Assembly: GCA_003707115.1 (NCBI GenBank)
Contig: PPNB01000017.1
Coordinates: 62,001-126,000, forward strand
Source: Tortispora ganteri
Taxonomy: Eukaryota
Direction: 5' to 3'
DNA: 64,000 bases
A program made the translations under genes and the position numbers. Each line of letters begins with the position of its first letter. The first letter of the stretch is position 1. The notes beneath the pieces were generated by a model, which saw only the letters and a program-made list of their open reading frames with translations, was not told the origin of the DNA and ran no database searches. Positions 62,051 through 64,000 of this stretch are shown here, piece by piece.

Positions 62051-64000
62051 ATGTCGACTGGTTTAGAAGCGTTGATTCCTTTGGTAAATCGACTCCAGGA
62101 TTTGGTGTTTAACACTATTGGCTCCGATACCTTAGATCTTCCGCAGGTGGTTGTTGTTGGCTCACAGTCAAGCGGAAAGACCTCCGTGCTTGAAAATATT
62201 GTAGGAAGAGATTTTTTACCTAGAGGCAGCGGTATTGTGACGCGAAGACCGCTTATTTTGCAGCTGATAAACATAAATTCCCCTCCGGAAGAAACCAACT
62301 TCAACTCTACCGACTCGCCTGCAGTGGGCTCGGAGTGGGGTGAGTTTCTTCACTTGCCTGGACGTAAGTTTTACGATTTCTCGGATATAAACCGTGAAAT
62401 TCAAAACGAAACATTGCGTCTCGCAGGAAACAATAAGGGAATATCACGCCAACCAATCAACCTTAAGATATTCTCGCCTCATGTCGTCTCTCTCACGTTG
62501 GTCGATCTTCCAGGTCTCACAAAGATCCCGATTGGCGACCAACCTACCGATATAGAAAGACAAACCCGTTCGCTTATCTTGGAATACATAGCCAAACCTA
62601 ACAGTATAATTTTGGCCGTTTCTCCTGCAAATGTGGATATCGTTAACTCGGAATCTCTTAAATTGGCAAGACAAGTGGATCCCGATGGTAAGCGAACCGT
62701 AGGCGTTCTCACCAAACTCGACCTCATGGATCATGGCACGCACGCTTTAGATATATTGTCAGGACGGGTGTACCCTCTTAAACTGGGTTTCATCGCTTTA
62801 GTCAACCGTTCTCAGCAAGATATTCAGACTAACCTCCCATTGAAAGATGCTCTCCGACATGAACAGGAGTACTTCGACAATCATTCTGCCTACCGAAATA
62901 TCTCTCACCGCTGTGGAACTCTGTATCTCACAAAAACGTTGAATACGCTGCTCATGAATCATATACGCGAGAAGCTTCCTGACATCAAAGCTAGACTTAA
63001 CACACTTATGGGTCAGACCGAGCAAGAGCTCGCTTCTTATGGTGAGACTACTTTCATAGGGAAAGAAAACCGAGGATCTTTGATTTTGCAGCTTATGACC
63101 AAATTTGCTACTAGTTTCATTGCTTCGATCGATGGTACATCTTCCGATATTTCTGTTAAAGAGCTCTGTGGAGGTGCTAGAATTTATTACATTTATAATG
63201 ATGTATATGGCACGGCGCTATCCCAGATTGATCCTACTGCCAACCTTTCTACCCGAGATATCCGCACTGCTATCCGCAACTCTACTGGCCCTAGAGCATC
63301 TCTTTTTGTTCCAGAGTTAGCTTTTGATTTGCTGGTGCGACCTCAGATTACCCTCTTAGCTCAACCGAGCCAAAGATGCGTCGAACTTGTTTACGAAGAA
63401 TTAATGAAAGTTTGCCATAACTGTGGAACCCGTGAATTAAGCCGCTATCCTAGATTGCAGGCTAAACTGATTGAAGTCGTCTCGGAACTTCTTAGAGAAC
63501 GACTTGGACCAACTTCTGCTTATGTTGAAAGCCTAATTGCCATCAATCAGGCGTATGTCAATACAAACCATCCTAGCTTTGTTGGGGCAGCAACAGCTAT
63601 GACAAGTGTCCTACAAGACCGTCAAAGTCGCGAATTGGACACCTCTCAGCACCTAAAGAGCTTACGTTTAGATGAAGATAATTCTGATATCTCTTCTAAC
63701 CATTCTGATTTGCAAAATACCAGTACGGCAACGGGAGAAACTCAGACACACTCTCGTTCTCGTTCTTCAGCAGATTCGGCCATTAGTGACATTCCTACCG
63801 GTTCATTAAGCAACGGCGTTAATTCTGGTCCTGGAGGGAACAAGGATTTATTTTTGAACTACTTTTTTGGAAAGGAAGATAGAAGCCTCGGAATGAATGG
63901 CTTCATAAGCCGCTCGGACAAGAGCAGGTCCGTGCAACTGAATAGTTTCTCGAGCACCATAAATGAAGACACACCTGGAGTCAACAGATTAAACAAGAGC
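62051..64000 (+). CDS. DNM1: Dynamin-related mitochondrial fission GTPase, truncated at the window end
   Basis: Not in the ORF track because the frame runs off the end. Hand translation gives MSTGLEALIPLVNRLQDLVFNTIGSDTLDLPQVVVVGSQSSGKTSVLENIVGRDFLPRGSGIVTRRPL, DLPGLTKIPIGDQP, TKLDLMD, ELCGGARI and FLNYFFG. Confidence 0.95.
   Translation, partial: MSTGLEALIPLVNRLQDLVFNTIGSDTLDLPQVVVVGSQSSGKTSVLENIVGRDFLPRGSGIVTRRPLILQLININSPPEETNFNSTDSPAVGSEWGEFLHLPGRKFYDFSDINREIQNETLRLAGNNKGISRQPINLKIFSPHVVSLTLVDLPGLTKIPIGDQPTDIERQTRSLILEYIAKPNSIILAVSPANVDIVNSESLKLARQVDPDGKRTVGVLTKLDLMDHGTHALDILSGRVYPLKLGFIALVNRSQQDIQTNLPLKDALRHEQEYFDNHSAYRNISHRCGTLYLTKTLNTLLMNHIREKLPDIKARLNTLMGQTEQELASYGETTFIGKENRGSLILQLMTKFATSFIASIDGTSSDISVKELCGGARIYYIYNDVYGTALSQIDPTANLSTRDIRTAIRNSTGPRASLFVPELAFDLLVRPQITLLAQPSQRCVELVYEELMKVCHNCGTRELSRYPRLQAKLIEVVSELLRERLGPTSAYVESLIAINQAYVNTNHPSFVGAATAMTSVLQDRQSRELDTSQHLKSLRLDEDNSDISSNHSDLQNTSTATGETQTHSRSRSSADSAISDIPTGSLSNGVNSGPGGNKDLFLNYFFGKEDRSLGMNGFISRSDKSRSVQLNSFSSTINEDTPGVNRLNKS

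Noticed and set aside
551..63320. Numerous 60-160 aa ORFs nested in or antisense to the assigned genes (e.g. 15198-15617, 36691-37173, 39520-39987, 46734-47165 and the 61945-63025 set)
   Set aside because: Shadow frames of well-supported genes with no recognisable motifs; those near the end are antisense to DNM1.

Overview
Fungal (ascomycete yeast) chromosomal DNA, read with the standard code: CTG falls at conserved Leu positions in Vps34 and Phb2. It is very gene-dense, with about 38 protein-coding genes in 64 kb (roughly 86% coding by my summation), few short introns (52-91 nt) and many intergenic gaps under 200 nt. Most genes are housekeeping: YND1, ELP4, OPI10, BUB3, TOM20, TYW1, YSA1, PHB2, VPS34, SNX4, SPB1, ATG16, YPT7, ODC, DNA2, HUT1, FRS1, TPD3, a MAPK phosphatase, NUP120, PUF6, KEL3, SDH7 and a truncated DNM1. 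Several genes belong to families I associate with filamentous fungi or fission yeast rather than S. cerevisiae: an XlnR/Xyr1 regulator, SCAP, XAP5, a TPX2-motif protein and an Mto2/Spa18-like protein. This suggests an early-diverging Saccharomycotina-type yeast (inference). I found no tRNA, rRNA, transposon or CRISPR array, and no clear-cut novel multi-gene system. The best leads are the yeast XlnR, the Mto2-like and TPX2-like proteins, a possible TYW1-XAP5 bicistronic unit, the VPS34-SNX4-ATG16-YPT7 neighbourhood and an altered Fe-S ligand pattern in Dna2. Family calls come from motif recognition by eye, not database searches.
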